A stretch of DNA of 64,000 bases from Glaucostegus cemiculus. Its lineage: Eukaryota. The stretch's first letter is position 1. Each line of letters starts with the position of its first letter. Where the stretch lies: NCBI GenBank assembly GCA_976551045.1, contig CDPCPM010000281.1:9610001-9674000 (forward strand), written 5' to 3'. The translations under genes were made by a program, and so were the position numbers. Below the pieces are notes generated by a model that saw nothing but the letters and a program-made list of their open reading frames with translations, did no database searches and had not been told where the DNA came from. Below, piece by piece: positions 26,729 to 38,949 of this stretch.

Positions 26729-26814
26729 AGTGTATGCTTGGCTGAGGAGCTAGTAGTGTGAAGCTACCATCCGTGTGATTATGATTGAATGCCTCTAAGT
26801 CAGAATTCCGTCTA
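26729..26814 (+). rRNA. 28S rRNA-derived fragment (dispersed pseudogene or retrocopy, not a functional rRNA gene)
   Basis: gtgtatgcttggctgaggagctagtagtgtgaagctaccatccgtgtgattatgattgaatgcctctaagtcagaattccgtcta aligns to the conserved LSU segment GTGTATGTGCTTGGCTGAGGAGCCAATGG.GCGAAGCTACCATCTGTGGGATTATGACTGAACGCCTCTAAGTCAGAATCCCG just 3' of the sarcin-ricin loop; differences are mostly transitions. Confidence 0.92.
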
Positions 26815-26863
26815 ATTTTGACATCTTAAAAAAGAAAAATACAGCAAGTTTTCCATATTTCCT

Positions 26864-27128
26864 CACGGCACAGAAGAAGGCAGTTCCGCCCATCAAGCCT
26901 ATATTGACGCCACAGAATAATCCAATTCTCCCACTATATTGTCTCTATTCCAACCAGATTCCCATTGCATGTCTGTGGGATGTAGGAGGAAACTGGAGCA
27001 CCCGGAGGACACCAATGTGGTCACAGAGAGAACATACAAACTTTGTGCAAGCAGCAGGGGTCAGGGTTGAACCCGGTTTGCTGGTACTGTGAAGCAGCAA
27101 CTCGACTAACTCCGCCATTGTGCTGCCC
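26864..27128 (-). mobile_element. HE1-type V-SINE
   Basis: gatgtaggaggaaactggagcacccggagga...ggttgaacccgg...gtgctgccc. Confidence 0.88.
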
Positions 27129-27814
27129 TGGTGAAAGAAAACCTTTGTCTGTGACTGGTTTCACACATTTGTGATTCTTCCATCATGTGATAAGCTGGCT
27201 GAATTCACCTAGAACTGCCATGAGTTGCTATGTTCTGTGAAGGACGGAAATCAGTGAGGATCCCTCTTCCCAATCACGATTAAGTGACTTTTGCTGTTGA
27301 ATGGTGGACAGCCACGGACTCCTGCCTGTCTGCCATGCCTCTATGCTTGACTGAGCTGCACATGTAGAACGTTGATCTGGGCTTGTGCATTGGTCAGCAA
27401 CTATGGACAGGGAAGGGGAAACAGCTATCAGAGAGAAATGGCAGGTTATGGTAATATCACTGATAGAATCTGAAATATAACAACATTTGTATGAACAACT
27501 GGTACAACATCCAGACTAGGGTTCTCTTGCCTGTTGCTCGAGTTTCTTTTGACTGTTTAAGCGTTCATTAAAGATGTTTCATTCCAAGTGTGTTAGTGAC
27601 AATTCTATGGCCTGGGAATGTGATAATTAACTGCTGCAAAAGTAAAAATGATAACTACTTGCAGTTAATTATCACTTAGCACTCCTCACTAAGTGCCACT
27701 TTCTAGAAAGCATTTATCATCTAAACTGTAGAATGAATAGAACATAGGAGGGTAGCCAACTTGGCCGAAAAAGTAGTTATGCGAATTAAGCAATGAGTCT
27801 GTTGTGGAGTTTTG

Positions 27815-28151
27815 CAGTCGGACCGTGTGGATCATGATGTGGGGCAGTGCAAGACCGTTCTGTGGGACAGTATAGGATCATGCAGTAGGACAATGCGGTG
27901 CTGCGATGTAGGATGTTGCAGTGTGTGCTCTGGGACAGAGCAGAATTCTGCTTTGGGACAGATTGGTGCATATGGTGCCATGCTGTGAGATGATGAGAAA
28001 CAGTGAACGATGGGATATGGGGCGGTGAGAGACAGGGTGTGGAATGGTGAGAGGTGTACAAGAGATGAATGAGGGATGGTGTGTTGGTGTGGGATGGTGT
28101 GTAGGACTTTGTGGGTCAGTGAGAGATAGCATGTGGGACAGTCAGAGATGG
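27815..28151. repeat. Degenerate minisatellite (about 20-23 bp unit, core tgtgggacag)
   Basis: Recurrent tgtggggcag, tgtgggacag, tctgggacag, tttgggacag and tgtgggtcag; strong G-over-C skew. Confidence 0.7.
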
Positions 28152-29094
28152 AGTGAAATTCACTTTCAGCAGGGATGCAAATTGGGCAGTAAGCTTCCCT
28201 TCATGTGACCCACACTGTTCTCTGGAACCAGACCTGGATACGCTGACTTTTTAGTTAATCACCAGTTGCGAGTTTGCTGTCTGCCCTCCGTCTCCTAATC
28301 ATGCAGCCTCCCCCTCAGCAAGTTCCATCAGCTCTGTTTCTCAGATTGCAATGCACAATGATTGCATTTAGCTTTCTTCACAACTTGTAAAGCTAATAAT
28401 TGCTGCATTCTCTCAACTCAGCAATTAAAACTGAAAAATAATCTCCTGATCGGATGACAAACAAAAAAGGAATCAGATGTCACTATAATTTAGTAATTTT
28501 GCTGAGGTACCTTGTAGAATCTTACAACTGTGTAGCCAAGTGCAGACCCACATAGTTTTTAGAGCTTTTGGTTTCTGGTTTGTTCAATTTAACACCGACT
28601 CTGAATTTTTCAAATCAGTGGAAATACATAGATATTTCCCAATTAAACATGAAAACTAGAACCTTAGAAACAATTGGTTGATATGTGAATAGATCTATTA
28701 CCAAACATTATTACATATACTCAAATTATGGAATGCAGAAGAATTATTTGCACAATGAAAATTCCCCTTTGCAGCATCCTGCTTAAATTGATACATTTGT
28801 GAGAGTTTGTGGATGGGAGTCCCTTGACTTTTCCATAAAAATTGAGTCAAAAGATATTTGATATTTCTTTTACAACTGGCTATCATTTGGAATTCTCCTT
28901 GCAGGCTATTGCCCATCCTAGGAAAATTGGTTAATTATTTCTTTTGATGGTAAGATGTTATATTGAATTATAGATCTGAGTTCTAATGACTCAATTCAAT
29001 AATTGAAAGCTTTGGACACATAATAATTTGTAATGGTCAGGTTTGTGCACATTTCGTTACAGAGTGATTCCAATGACTCAGGGACAGCACAACA

Positions 29095-29240
29095 AACTGA
29101 CAGTACAACAGGACAAGCAGATTTGCATCTTAATTCCCTCTGCCCATCATGATTTGATATCCCTTTATACTCTTGGCTGACAATAATCTATGAATCTCAG
29201 TTTTTTAGAGAGTGAGTTCCAGATTTTCACTATCTTTTGG
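29095..29240 (-). mobile_element. CR1/HER1 3' tail fragment
   Basis: gacaataatctatgaatctcagtttt...agagtgagttccagattttcactatc. Confidence 0.55.
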
Positions 29241-29512
29241 TGCCGAAGCAAGTGGAAATATCAAAACCAAACTCATTGCTAATTTGGCAGATGTAGATTT
29301 AACGCGACCCTTTTTCTTCCTGCCTGTTTTCTTCCAGTTTCTGTGAGCTGCTCTTGACTACTTTAGTTGATACATTGAGATGACCATAAACTATTCTTGA
29401 CATCCTGTGTTCCTCTGGCTAACCTTGCTTTCCATTTTAACATTATGGATAACCAAGGAGAGGGATACTTAAGACTGTGGGGAAATGAAGTTGTAATAGT
29501 CAGGTGCTCCTC

Positions 29513-29817
29513 AGCTAGTGGCCGGCAGTTAATGCTGTTGTCTCATGGCTCCAGGGATCTGGGTTCAGTTCTGACCTCAGGTACAGTTTACAGATTCTTC
29601 CATGACTTTGCGGGTTCCCATCAGGTGTTCTTGTTTCCTCTCACATCCCACAAGTTAATTTGATAAAGTACCCTTTGGTTTAGATAAGCAGCAAAATAAT
29701 CAAAAGGATGATGATGAGCAAGAGAAGAAATAAGTTGCAGAACTGCAGGGAAAAAAGGAAGAGGGATTGGAACTGATGGGATTGCTGGATCCGGGGAACT
29801 ATATGGTCTTCTGTAAG
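29513..29817 (+). mobile_element. HE1-type V-SINE, older subfamily
   Basis: gctgttgtctcatggctccagggatctgggttcagttctgacctcaggt...tttcctctcacatccca. Confidence 0.8.
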
Positions 29818-31136
29818 TGGGAACATAGGGGTTTGCTGAAGCATTCTCCTCATCTACATTTGTTTTTTATTCCTAGTTTTATCCTGAATATTTTATCCTG
29901 GATGATCTTTAATAACATACTCAGAAGGACATGTGAGACAGCATCATGTTTGGAACCATCAGTAAGATGTGTTAAAATCTGAACTCTCTTCCCAACAAAT
30001 TTAGAGGAGCAAATGGCTTTAGACATTCTTGGTTTTCTTTTTCTGATTGTGCCTTTCTCCACTCCTCTTCAAATTTATTAATGTTATTTTTTGCTGACAG
30101 TTTACTCAATGATATCTATTCATAAATGTTCTGACTTTTGCATTCTCCTAAGTTATTTAGTTTGACAAGAATGAAGTGTTGTAATCCCATTCTCAGACAC
30201 AGACAAGTATGGTTTCAGTACTGAGATATCCATGTTTGTCTGATTCCTAATATGTAAGATTGTTCTGTCTTTCCTAAATGACCAGAGTGACGACAATTCA
30301 TTGGTTGTAAAGCACTTTGGCACATCATGGGGTTGTGAAAAGTGCTGTCTTTTAAAAATGCTGGTCTTTTAAAAATGTATATCAATTATTAAGATGTGAA
30401 TTGCAGGTTTTCCAATGAAGGCTGAAATTGCTGTGGAGTTGAAAGAGCTTGGATATGGTTTCTCCTTTTGTTGTATGTTGACACTACTGGGAAATGATCT
30501 GATAATCCAGTCCCCCACAGATTTATTTTTCCCACAAGGGATTAATATTTTAGCAGTGGTTCTAAATACATTTGTAGTGAAACAGGAGGGTTAGATGGGG
30601 AACTTCAGCTTCAGTCCAATAGTTCATCTTATAAAGCAAAATCAATTAAGATGGTTGACTGTGAACATTTATCCCTTTAGTTTCCACTGTTGAATTTTCA
30701 TGATGGGCTTTGACTCTTTGGAGAGTGCAGAGTTAATGGTAATTGTTCCGTTCTCTTCAAAATTTATTATCTGGTTCATTCAATGGCAAACACTCCATCA
30801 ACTAGATTGAGGCCTATGGTTCATTGATAGATCTGCCTTATGTGGGGCTAACACAGGGAGTTTTATCACAGATGTCTCGCTTTGAAAGAAAATTAAACAA
30901 GTATCTCATTACCAAATGCTTCAGTGGTCCCCGGAGGTGGCCACGGAGGCAGAGTTTTTAATGAGCTGGGAACTCTGCCAGTGCTAAAGTCTACAGTCTC
31001 CCTGTTTTTCTTGGGGAGCATTCGGAAGAGCCCTTTCTATTCAGACCTGCTCAGGCAGAGGAGAAAAGCACCATGCTGATTTCTTCTTTTCAACTCCTAA
31101 AGAAGGAGATAATGTACTTTTGTGCGATGTGGCTCA

Positions 31137-31292
31137 NNNNNNNNNNNNNNNNNNNNNNNNNNNNNNNNNNNNNNNNNNNNNNNNNNNNNNNNNNNNNNNN
31201 NNNNNNNNNNNNNNNNNNNNNNNNNNNNNNNNNNNNNNNNNNNNNNNNNNNNNNNNNNNNNNNNNNNNNNNNNNNNNNNNNNNNNNNNNNNN
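31137..31292. other. Unresolved sequence, 156 N
   Basis: Run of n characters. Confidence 0.99.
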
Positions 31293-33409
31293 AGACATCC
31301 TTTCAAACCCAACAATATAGTGGATTGCTATGGTTCATATTGGGATAATCAGTTTAGAACATTTGCCTTGCCCCAGAATACAAATTGCATTTGGCATTCC
31401 CAGTTAAACGGTTCAAGGGATAATGAGATTAATGTAGTAGTGAATTGAACTAAGCAAAAGCCTTTTTACAGTGTTGCCTAACTAGTTTAGAGGAAACTCG
31501 TTTGAAGTTTTTGCTTTCATGCAAATGCATAACTTTAAACTCACCCAAGGTTATGGATGTTCCTTGGCTGTGTGCGTGCGCACACTCCTAACCCTGACAG
31601 AAGCTTGGAATTGAAACGGCCAAGAGCTAAAGCTTTATTGAAAGCTGCAAGGCCCAGACAGATGAGCGGTCTCAAGCTAGATTTCTTTCCATCTTCTCCA
31701 TCTGTTCACTGCAATTTTAATTAAATCTACCGAGGGCTCTCTGGCATGTTCATTGCAAGGAAGAAGGAGCCTGCCTTAGTGTCCACATGTCTTTCATTTT
31801 TACCGTGGGCCACTAATGAGCTGGAACACAAAGTGCAGTCCATTGGTGTGCTCTCTGCCATTTGCTCCCCATCTTCAGCTGTTAGTAATAGATAAGTAGA
31901 AAGCAACAGCTGGCCTGCTGTGTACTTCCGCCAAGCAAAACAAACTAATGAAGGATTTTCATTTGTGAGCAACATGCTAATGTGAATGACAGGCTTCCAG
32001 TAACCTTAGAGCAAACTCTAGAAAGCTGTCTATCTGATGAGGACTCTTCTGTTGGCACATGACACTTCTAATGTTATAATGGCTTTCACGTGCATTCTTT
32101 TTGAATGCTGTCATATATGAAGATCATGCTCCCCTTCATTTTCTGCAGGCTTGTCTAGCAAAGCTATTAAGGCTGCGATGGAATTGACACTTAACCACCA
32201 GCATGTCAATCTCACTTCTCATGTCAGCACATCTTGCTGCTCATTAAGAGTATATCACTAAACTTCACAAATACCCATCTGACATAGTACCTCATGTCTA
32301 AACATAGTATTAATTGAGTTGCTGATGATCCTGTTTTGGCATTGGGGGTTTACAGCTACACTCATCCAGAAGTGTATTATTTGTACAACATGAGTACAGG
32401 CACTGGAATACTTGATAGCTAAGACCTGGTGTTGGTAATTCACAATATTCTTTTTATAACCTGGGTTTATTATTAGCATCATCCCTTTATACTAATATGA
32501 GCCAAATGGGTCTAAACTTGAGCCTTAAATGCAATGTGACATTGTACAGTACGTTATTGAAGCTCACACAAAAACGTGTGATGATTTGCTCCCTTATCCT
32601 CTGTGTCTTTTCTGGAGAAAATTTTGACCAGAAAAAAAGGCAATTGAAAGAGCCACTTAAAAACATTCCAAGTGATCCATCAAATTGAAATTTAGAATGT
32701 TTTCAAATTGGTCAGAAATGTTCTGATTCTAAGTCAATGATTTGTCATCTATCCCATGGAAAAATATACATCCAGCTGCTCCTGTGGAGACATAATTCTC
32801 ACCTGAGAGTTCTTCTAAACCATTTCAGGACCGCTTAAGATAAGCACATCGTGTTAAGGTATTAAGTAATGCAGGTAAGTGTATTTTGTGATACAGCTTT
32901 ATCTAAACTATGACTATATGATAAACTTGACTCAGTTTAAAAGTGAAGATCACTGTACTGCAAAAGTGGGAACAGTTTCATCTATGAAAAAAGTGATAAT
33001 ACAAAAGCCTGCAGAAAGTGACAATACTCTTCTCAGACAGAGTGGAGATAATTGGGTAATGCCTCCCGGTGACCACATTGGAGTAAATGACTGAAATTTA
33101 TTTGATGCACAGTGCTTGCCTGCAGTTATCCTCCACTCACTGCATTCTTCTGGAGTTATTACCATGCTTTAATTTGGAAAAGTTTCTGCAGTTGCTGTTT
33201 TTCCATCCTTTTTAAAGATTCTGCTTCCTGAGTAAACTTTCTTTTGGTGTACAGTGACTCTTTACTGTGAGCCTAGACACACACCCTCTCCGTCCTGTTA
33301 TATTGGAATACACATCATTGTCAAATGTTGGGAAAAAGGAAACACCCCAGATTTTGATTCCTCATTTTCATTCACCATTAGTAATTATTCAAGTTTATTG
33401 ACAAGATTT

Positions 33410-33795
33410 CAGTAAAGGCAGTTTGACCATTTGATTGGTGTTCCGGCTGCTGAATTCAGTATCCCTACTGTCACTCACACATCATGCCTATGGAATGCAC
33501 TGTCTCCATCGATACACTGCAGCAACTCCCTGAGTTTACTGTAGCAGCATGGCCTAGTCTCACAAGTTGACCAGTGTTGTGAGATCAATTATCAACTCCA
33601 TGTCCTTATACTGTATGGCTAATGTGGCTTGGTCAAAATCCTGGATTCATTCATACACAACATCAGTGCAACACCACCACTGCAAAAATTATATCTGTGC
33701 AAGGAGAAACCCATCCCCATCTGAAGGCAACTAAGAATAGACAACAAATGTTGCCTTGACATTGTTATTCATAGCCCCAAAACAGATTTAAAAAA
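33410..33795 (+). mobile_element. CR1 3' fragment, degraded
   Basis: tacactgcagcaactccc...ggtcaaaatcctgga...aaggcaactaagaatagacaacaaatgttgccttg. Confidence 0.7.
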
Positions 33796-34469
33796 TTAGG
33801 ACTGTCCTTATCTTCCAGCAACTACATGATGTTTTAGTATAATGCTTCATAAAGCATTCCCAAAAATGTGTCACTTCACTCCAGAATCAAACCTTCCCTT
33901 CAAAAGAAATGTAATTTCAAAGGATGTGTCTGGGGTTAATTCAAAGTATTTCCTCAGGAGTAATCTTCTGTTATAATTGGAAAAGTTGGATAAAGGAAAC
34001 TGCCAATTAAAATCATTCCACATGGGTGTTCCCTTTCTTGTGTTGTAATCCAAATCCTTTGGCAGAACCCCCTTACATGGCAAAATTGACTCATACTAAT
34101 TCTGTCTTTAGCTTTGCGGGGATAATAGCACAGGAGAGCCGGAGATGCAGGAATTCTGCAGACGGTTGCTTTAAAATTCTGAACTGTTTCTGTGGCCCTC
34201 ATCTACACAAGGCAGTTACTCGGAGTTTGTACAAAGGTGGCCAAGTCTCATAAAAAAGTGTCTTTCACTTCTTTTTCTGAGGTGAGGAATCCCTTCAGAT
34301 GTTGTTGCATTAAACAGTAAATATTTAGTTTCCAGGACAACAACTACAAACCTTGAAAAATAAAGTTTCCTACTTTCTGTTTCTGAGGCAGTAGGTTGTG
34401 AATTCAAACAGCACTCGGGACCCTTGTGTATATAATCTTGACTGACTGTTCTGATACAAGGGAGGCTTG

Positions 34470-34870
34470 AACTGTTGGAGATGTTGGGGAAGATCTGCCA
34501 GTGGCTACCCAGATCTGCTGGTAGATGTCCAATGGGATAACACCAGGTTCCACCAATTTCCCAGTTCTCAGGGTGAGAAATCTCCCCAATAGAGCTGTAT
34601 TAGATTAGACCTAGCACATGTATAGAGGACCCCTTAAAATGAATGGGGAAATCTGACTGCTAAGAGAAAGCTAATTACAGCTTTATATTTGATTTAAATT
34701 AGTTAAAATGTTTTAAATTGAATGAAGTGAGTGTATGTTATGGTTGTTTAATATTTTTAACATAAGTTTATTTTGTATTTTTAACATGCAGCCAAACACT
34801 TTTGAATGGAGATGAATGTCAAAAACCTTCACAGACATTCAATAAGATTGTCATCTTTGACAGCTGCTGA
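34470..34870. repeat. Unclassified old interspersed repeat (second copy at 61015-61350)
   Basis: Colinear blocks shared with 61015-61350 (agacct, ga.cccc...tgggg, ttt.ttttgtattt.taa, tgaatgtca.aaa). Confidence 0.5.
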
Positions 34871-34984
34871 ACCTAGGGGTGGGACCTCATGGTTGTCAAA
34901 GATGTTCTGTCAATGGAGCCAGCCAATTACTCTGGGAAATGCCTGTGCAGCACAACACTGTGCTGTCCTTACCAATGAGGGCTA

Positions 34985-35325
34985 GGTTTCTAGTAGAAGA
35001 CTGCTCTTGAGAAATCAAGGGATAGAGAAGCTCTGCACCTTCGAACCCTATCTGACCTCTCAGCTTGGTTAAAATTATTCTGTGGCATGGTACAGGAGAG
35101 TTCATCCAGTGTTCACGCCATTAATTATCCTTTAATCAATGCCATTAAAGAAGTGTTGTTACGATTTGTGGGAACTCGTATAAATTGGCTGCTGTATTTT
35201 CCTGAATGACTGCACTTAAAACAGGACAACTGCAGCAGACACATGGCTGTGAAGATTCTTGGAATATTCTGGGAAAGTGGAAGATGTTACATAAACATAG
35301 GAGAAATATAGGTTCTCTCTTTTTG
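34985..35325 (+). mobile_element. Degraded DeuSINE
   Basis: ttatcctttaatcaatgccattaaa...tttgtgggaactcgtataaattggctgctgtattttcctgaatgactgcactt. Confidence 0.6.
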
Positions 35326-35383
35326 TTCGTCAACTTTGCCAGATAGCAAGCAGAAACATAGTTTTAAACCCTCTCTTTTTGAC

Positions 35384-35745
35384 TTATTCATTTTTTAGAC
35401 ATTTTTACCAAAGCCAGTGTTTATTCCCTATCCGTAATCACCCTTGGGAAGGTGGACCACTTTCTTGAGTCGCTGTTATCCTTCTGTGAAAATGGTCCCG
35501 TTGTGCTGGTAGGTTGGGACTTCCAAGATTTAGACCCATTCTTGAGAAAGGACCAGCAAGATATTTCCAAGTCAGGAAAAGGCGGGGAACCGTTAAGCGG
35601 CGATGTGGCCACGTGCCTTTGTGGTGTTGGAGGTGATGGGTTTTGGAGGTGTTGTCAGACCAGCCAGGATAAGTAAATGCAGTCTGTTTTGTTGCCATGG
35701 TGCCAAGGATGTCCAGCCCACTCTGCATCCAGCTGGAGAGAGTTT
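35384..35745 (-). mobile_element. CR1 3' fragment
   Basis: tttattccctatccgtaatcacccttgggaaggtgg...gatatttccaagtcagga, same family as 3317-5015. Confidence 0.8.
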
Positions 35746-38700
35746 AACCAACTGGGCCAAGAGGCACATCCTCCTTCTGGTCTGCTTGGCTCTGTTTCAT
35801 GGTAAGCAATGGCTTTGCCACTAGGGAGGCTACAGTGTTGCTCAGTTGTAAATATTAAAGTGTTTAATGACAAATTAAACAAATAGTCCACTTAAAAATC
35901 ACAGTCACTAACATTCTGCCTGAGGTAAAATTCTGTCCCTACTTACAACACAATTTCAAGTTAGTGAAGCTGTTCCAAGCTACGACACCAACATCTGTTG
36001 GCCCCGTCTTCTCTCTCTCTTTTCCTTCCCCCCCCCACCTTCCCCAATACAACTTGCCCTCCAGTTCTAACATAGTTTTAAACTTCTTAAGGTTTTATTT
36101 GTTGTGGAGAACTTTACATGTGAGGCTATTTAATTGGACTACTTCGGACTAAATTTCATCCTTTAAAACTCTGGATCAGTGTGGTTCCATTAAAAGCAAC
36201 TCTTACAGTCTTAAGCGCAAGAGTCATTTTATATATTCAGCTGGGGTTTATTAGAGATTGGAATCCACCACCCACTCCACTATTTCCTTTAATCCTTCCT
36301 CTGGTTTATTTTACTCTACTCCTGTGTACTGGAATTTGTGCCATATTTACTGGTGTGTTTTCAATCGAAAAGAAGCCCTCTTTTCATATCTGAAAGAAAC
36401 ATAGTATTTTATAAGTCTCACTGGGGAAATACAAATTGACAAAAAATAAACTTATACATTAAGTTCCTGGTGCTGTAAAAATGCTTATTTAGTCAGGCAA
36501 AAATATACTGTAGTTCTTTCTTCTGCAATCAATAGGATCTGAAATGTCTCTTGTAATTAGCACGCATAAAAAGTATATTTATAGGGTTTAAAGGGACAGT
36601 ATTGTTTTCTTGTATATGATTAGTTATAATATCTCAACTGAGATTCTTTTTTAAGTTAAATATTTTTGGGACAGTTGATTTTCCATTACTATTAAGATCA
36701 TCTGGAGTCACTGTAAAGGAAATTACGGAGGAGGGCTTTTGATTCAACTTCTGAGGTCTGCTGTAAAAAAAATAAAAATATTCTTCCAAATAAAGTGCCA
36801 TAACCTCATGCCATGTCACTTCTTTTTCTCCCAATCTGCTCTGGTGAAATGGCTGTCAAAAAAGAACCCTTAATCATTCTGGAGAGCTGGATTAATTTTA
36901 ACAAGGTCTGTCACTTCATAACCACCTAAATATCCAGGTGGATCTGCCTGACCTCTGGCCTCAAGATAACAATCCTACCAATGAGATTGACTGCACACAC
37001 AGAGTCTAAGGCAGTGCCATTACCCGGGAATACTGGTGGCCTTGATCTATCAGTGACATTGGAGGAGATTCTTAGGTCCTTACTGGAGTTATTTCCAACA
37101 GTAAAGAGATCTAAATACATTTGCATTTTGTAGAAAAAAAATACAACCTGTTGGCTTTCTTTAACTGGTTTGGCACCATTATATCATACTTTTTTTTCCT
37201 GATAAAATAGTATAAATGAATTGCACGGTATGGAGCCACAGAGCCAGAATAGATAATGACCTAAAAATTGTTTGGCCCCTTGCTGCTGCAATATGATTTT
37301 GTCAAAAGGCTCAAATCTTCAGGTGCAACAGAAGAGGCCTTACTTGATTAACATCATGATGGGGTTATGGGAGGAGTTGGTGCATGGGAGTTGAAGTGTG
37401 TGAGAAAGTTGAGCTTCAATCACTGAACGAATCAGGACCTCAAGGTGCATAGTGGGGCATTGCTGCTGGTGGGTGGGATACAGTTGTGTGGGAAATGGTG
37501 ATGGGGGTTTGGGCCTGAGGAAGAGTTGCTGCAGGCAAAGTTGTTAACTTAAAAAGCTTCCTACCTGCAGCTAGTATCCAGCATTGACTTCATGAGTGGC
37601 TGGTCCCTTTGAGTATTGCTGAAGTATTACTTGTCCTGAAGGCTTGGTCACACATGACTGACTTGTGCCATCAGTGAGCAATGTGTAGTGAGTGAACTTC
37701 TTGGCAGTAGTGTCCAGCTGTGTATTGCATTAAATTGAATGCCACTGCACTTGTCCAGACATCTTTGTGCATTAGCATGCTGCGTACATGGAGGTACTAT
37801 GAAGTAAATACCTGATCATATTCAGCGATATTTTTTCTGATGAAATTCAATTGCATACCACTCACAAGCATTGCTTCTCATGATGCATTTCTATCCTCAG
37901 TTCACTCCTTCCTCTGTGCTGTCCTAACTTATTTCAGACAATTAGCAGTGGAGATATTAGAATTGATTTAACAATCCCCAGGCTAGTCGAGGCCAATAAA
38001 ACAGCTAGGATTTCTGTTCCTGATCAATATCCAATGTCTTTGAAATTGTTGGCTTGGATATTGTAAGAGGGCAAGCAGGCTAAGCAGTGTTGCTCCTTCA
38101 ACCATTGAATAATCTTATTGATACATCTTTTGAGGTTCATACTGTGCAAAACTACAAGTAATTACTTGGATAAGGAACTGAGTAGGTGCCAGCATCATTG
38201 AGATGACAATTGAGTAATAGTCACTGACTTCAGCAAAACTATAAGCCATAAGGTCTCCATTTGTGCCTTAAGTTTTCCTGGTTCCAGTTTCTATAAATGG
38301 AGGGGGAACTGTGGAAAACTGAAACATTAATGAGTTCCCTGCAAAAATAGGGCATTATTTAAAGTACCTTTGTTGTTGAAATCATGGCTGATTACTCAAG
38401 TGTGTCTGAGGAGACATGGACCTCCTGGCCAGTGATGACAGCAACTGGGGAAAGCTTTGTGCTTTAAATTTCCCACTGTGCTAGTGAATGAAAGCTAGGA
38501 TCTGCTCTGTGGGTAAACTGTGGAATCTAGTTTTCATTGGTGAATAAACAGGCAACTTGGGACTGTGGACTGAGGAGGCTCAGTGGAGGGGAGAGGAAAG
38601 ATTATTGATCTGAAAAGCATCAGATCATTCATTATGTTTCATTCAGTAGATACGGGGTCATGTTTAAAAGTGAATGAGGAAAATACCCCAAAAGAAGCAG

Positions 38701-38949
38701 TGCAAAAATAAATCTGTCGGGGAGGAGTTGGTGATTTATGGAGAGGTCACCACCACTGGCATAAATGGACTGGGGTGAGCGAGAGGGGGTTAAGCAGATG
38801 GACTCCTTATGTTCTACAGTTCTGCATGTGCAGTGAAAACTCCCAAGAATCTGAGCCCAAGGAGTGAAGTAGAAAAGGTGGTGTTGAGTTCAGGATTCTT
38901 ACCTATTCTGTAGTACACAGAGAATCACCTGAAATAGTTCCACTTCCTG

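Noticed and set aside
27393-27413. REST/RE1-like tcagcaactatggacag
   Set aside because: The left half-site is disrupted and the spacing is off by one.
32034-32070. Isolated CTGATGA motifs as hammerheads (also near 6565, 15039, 55274 and 56959)
   Set aside because: No downstream stem II plus GAAA arrangement.
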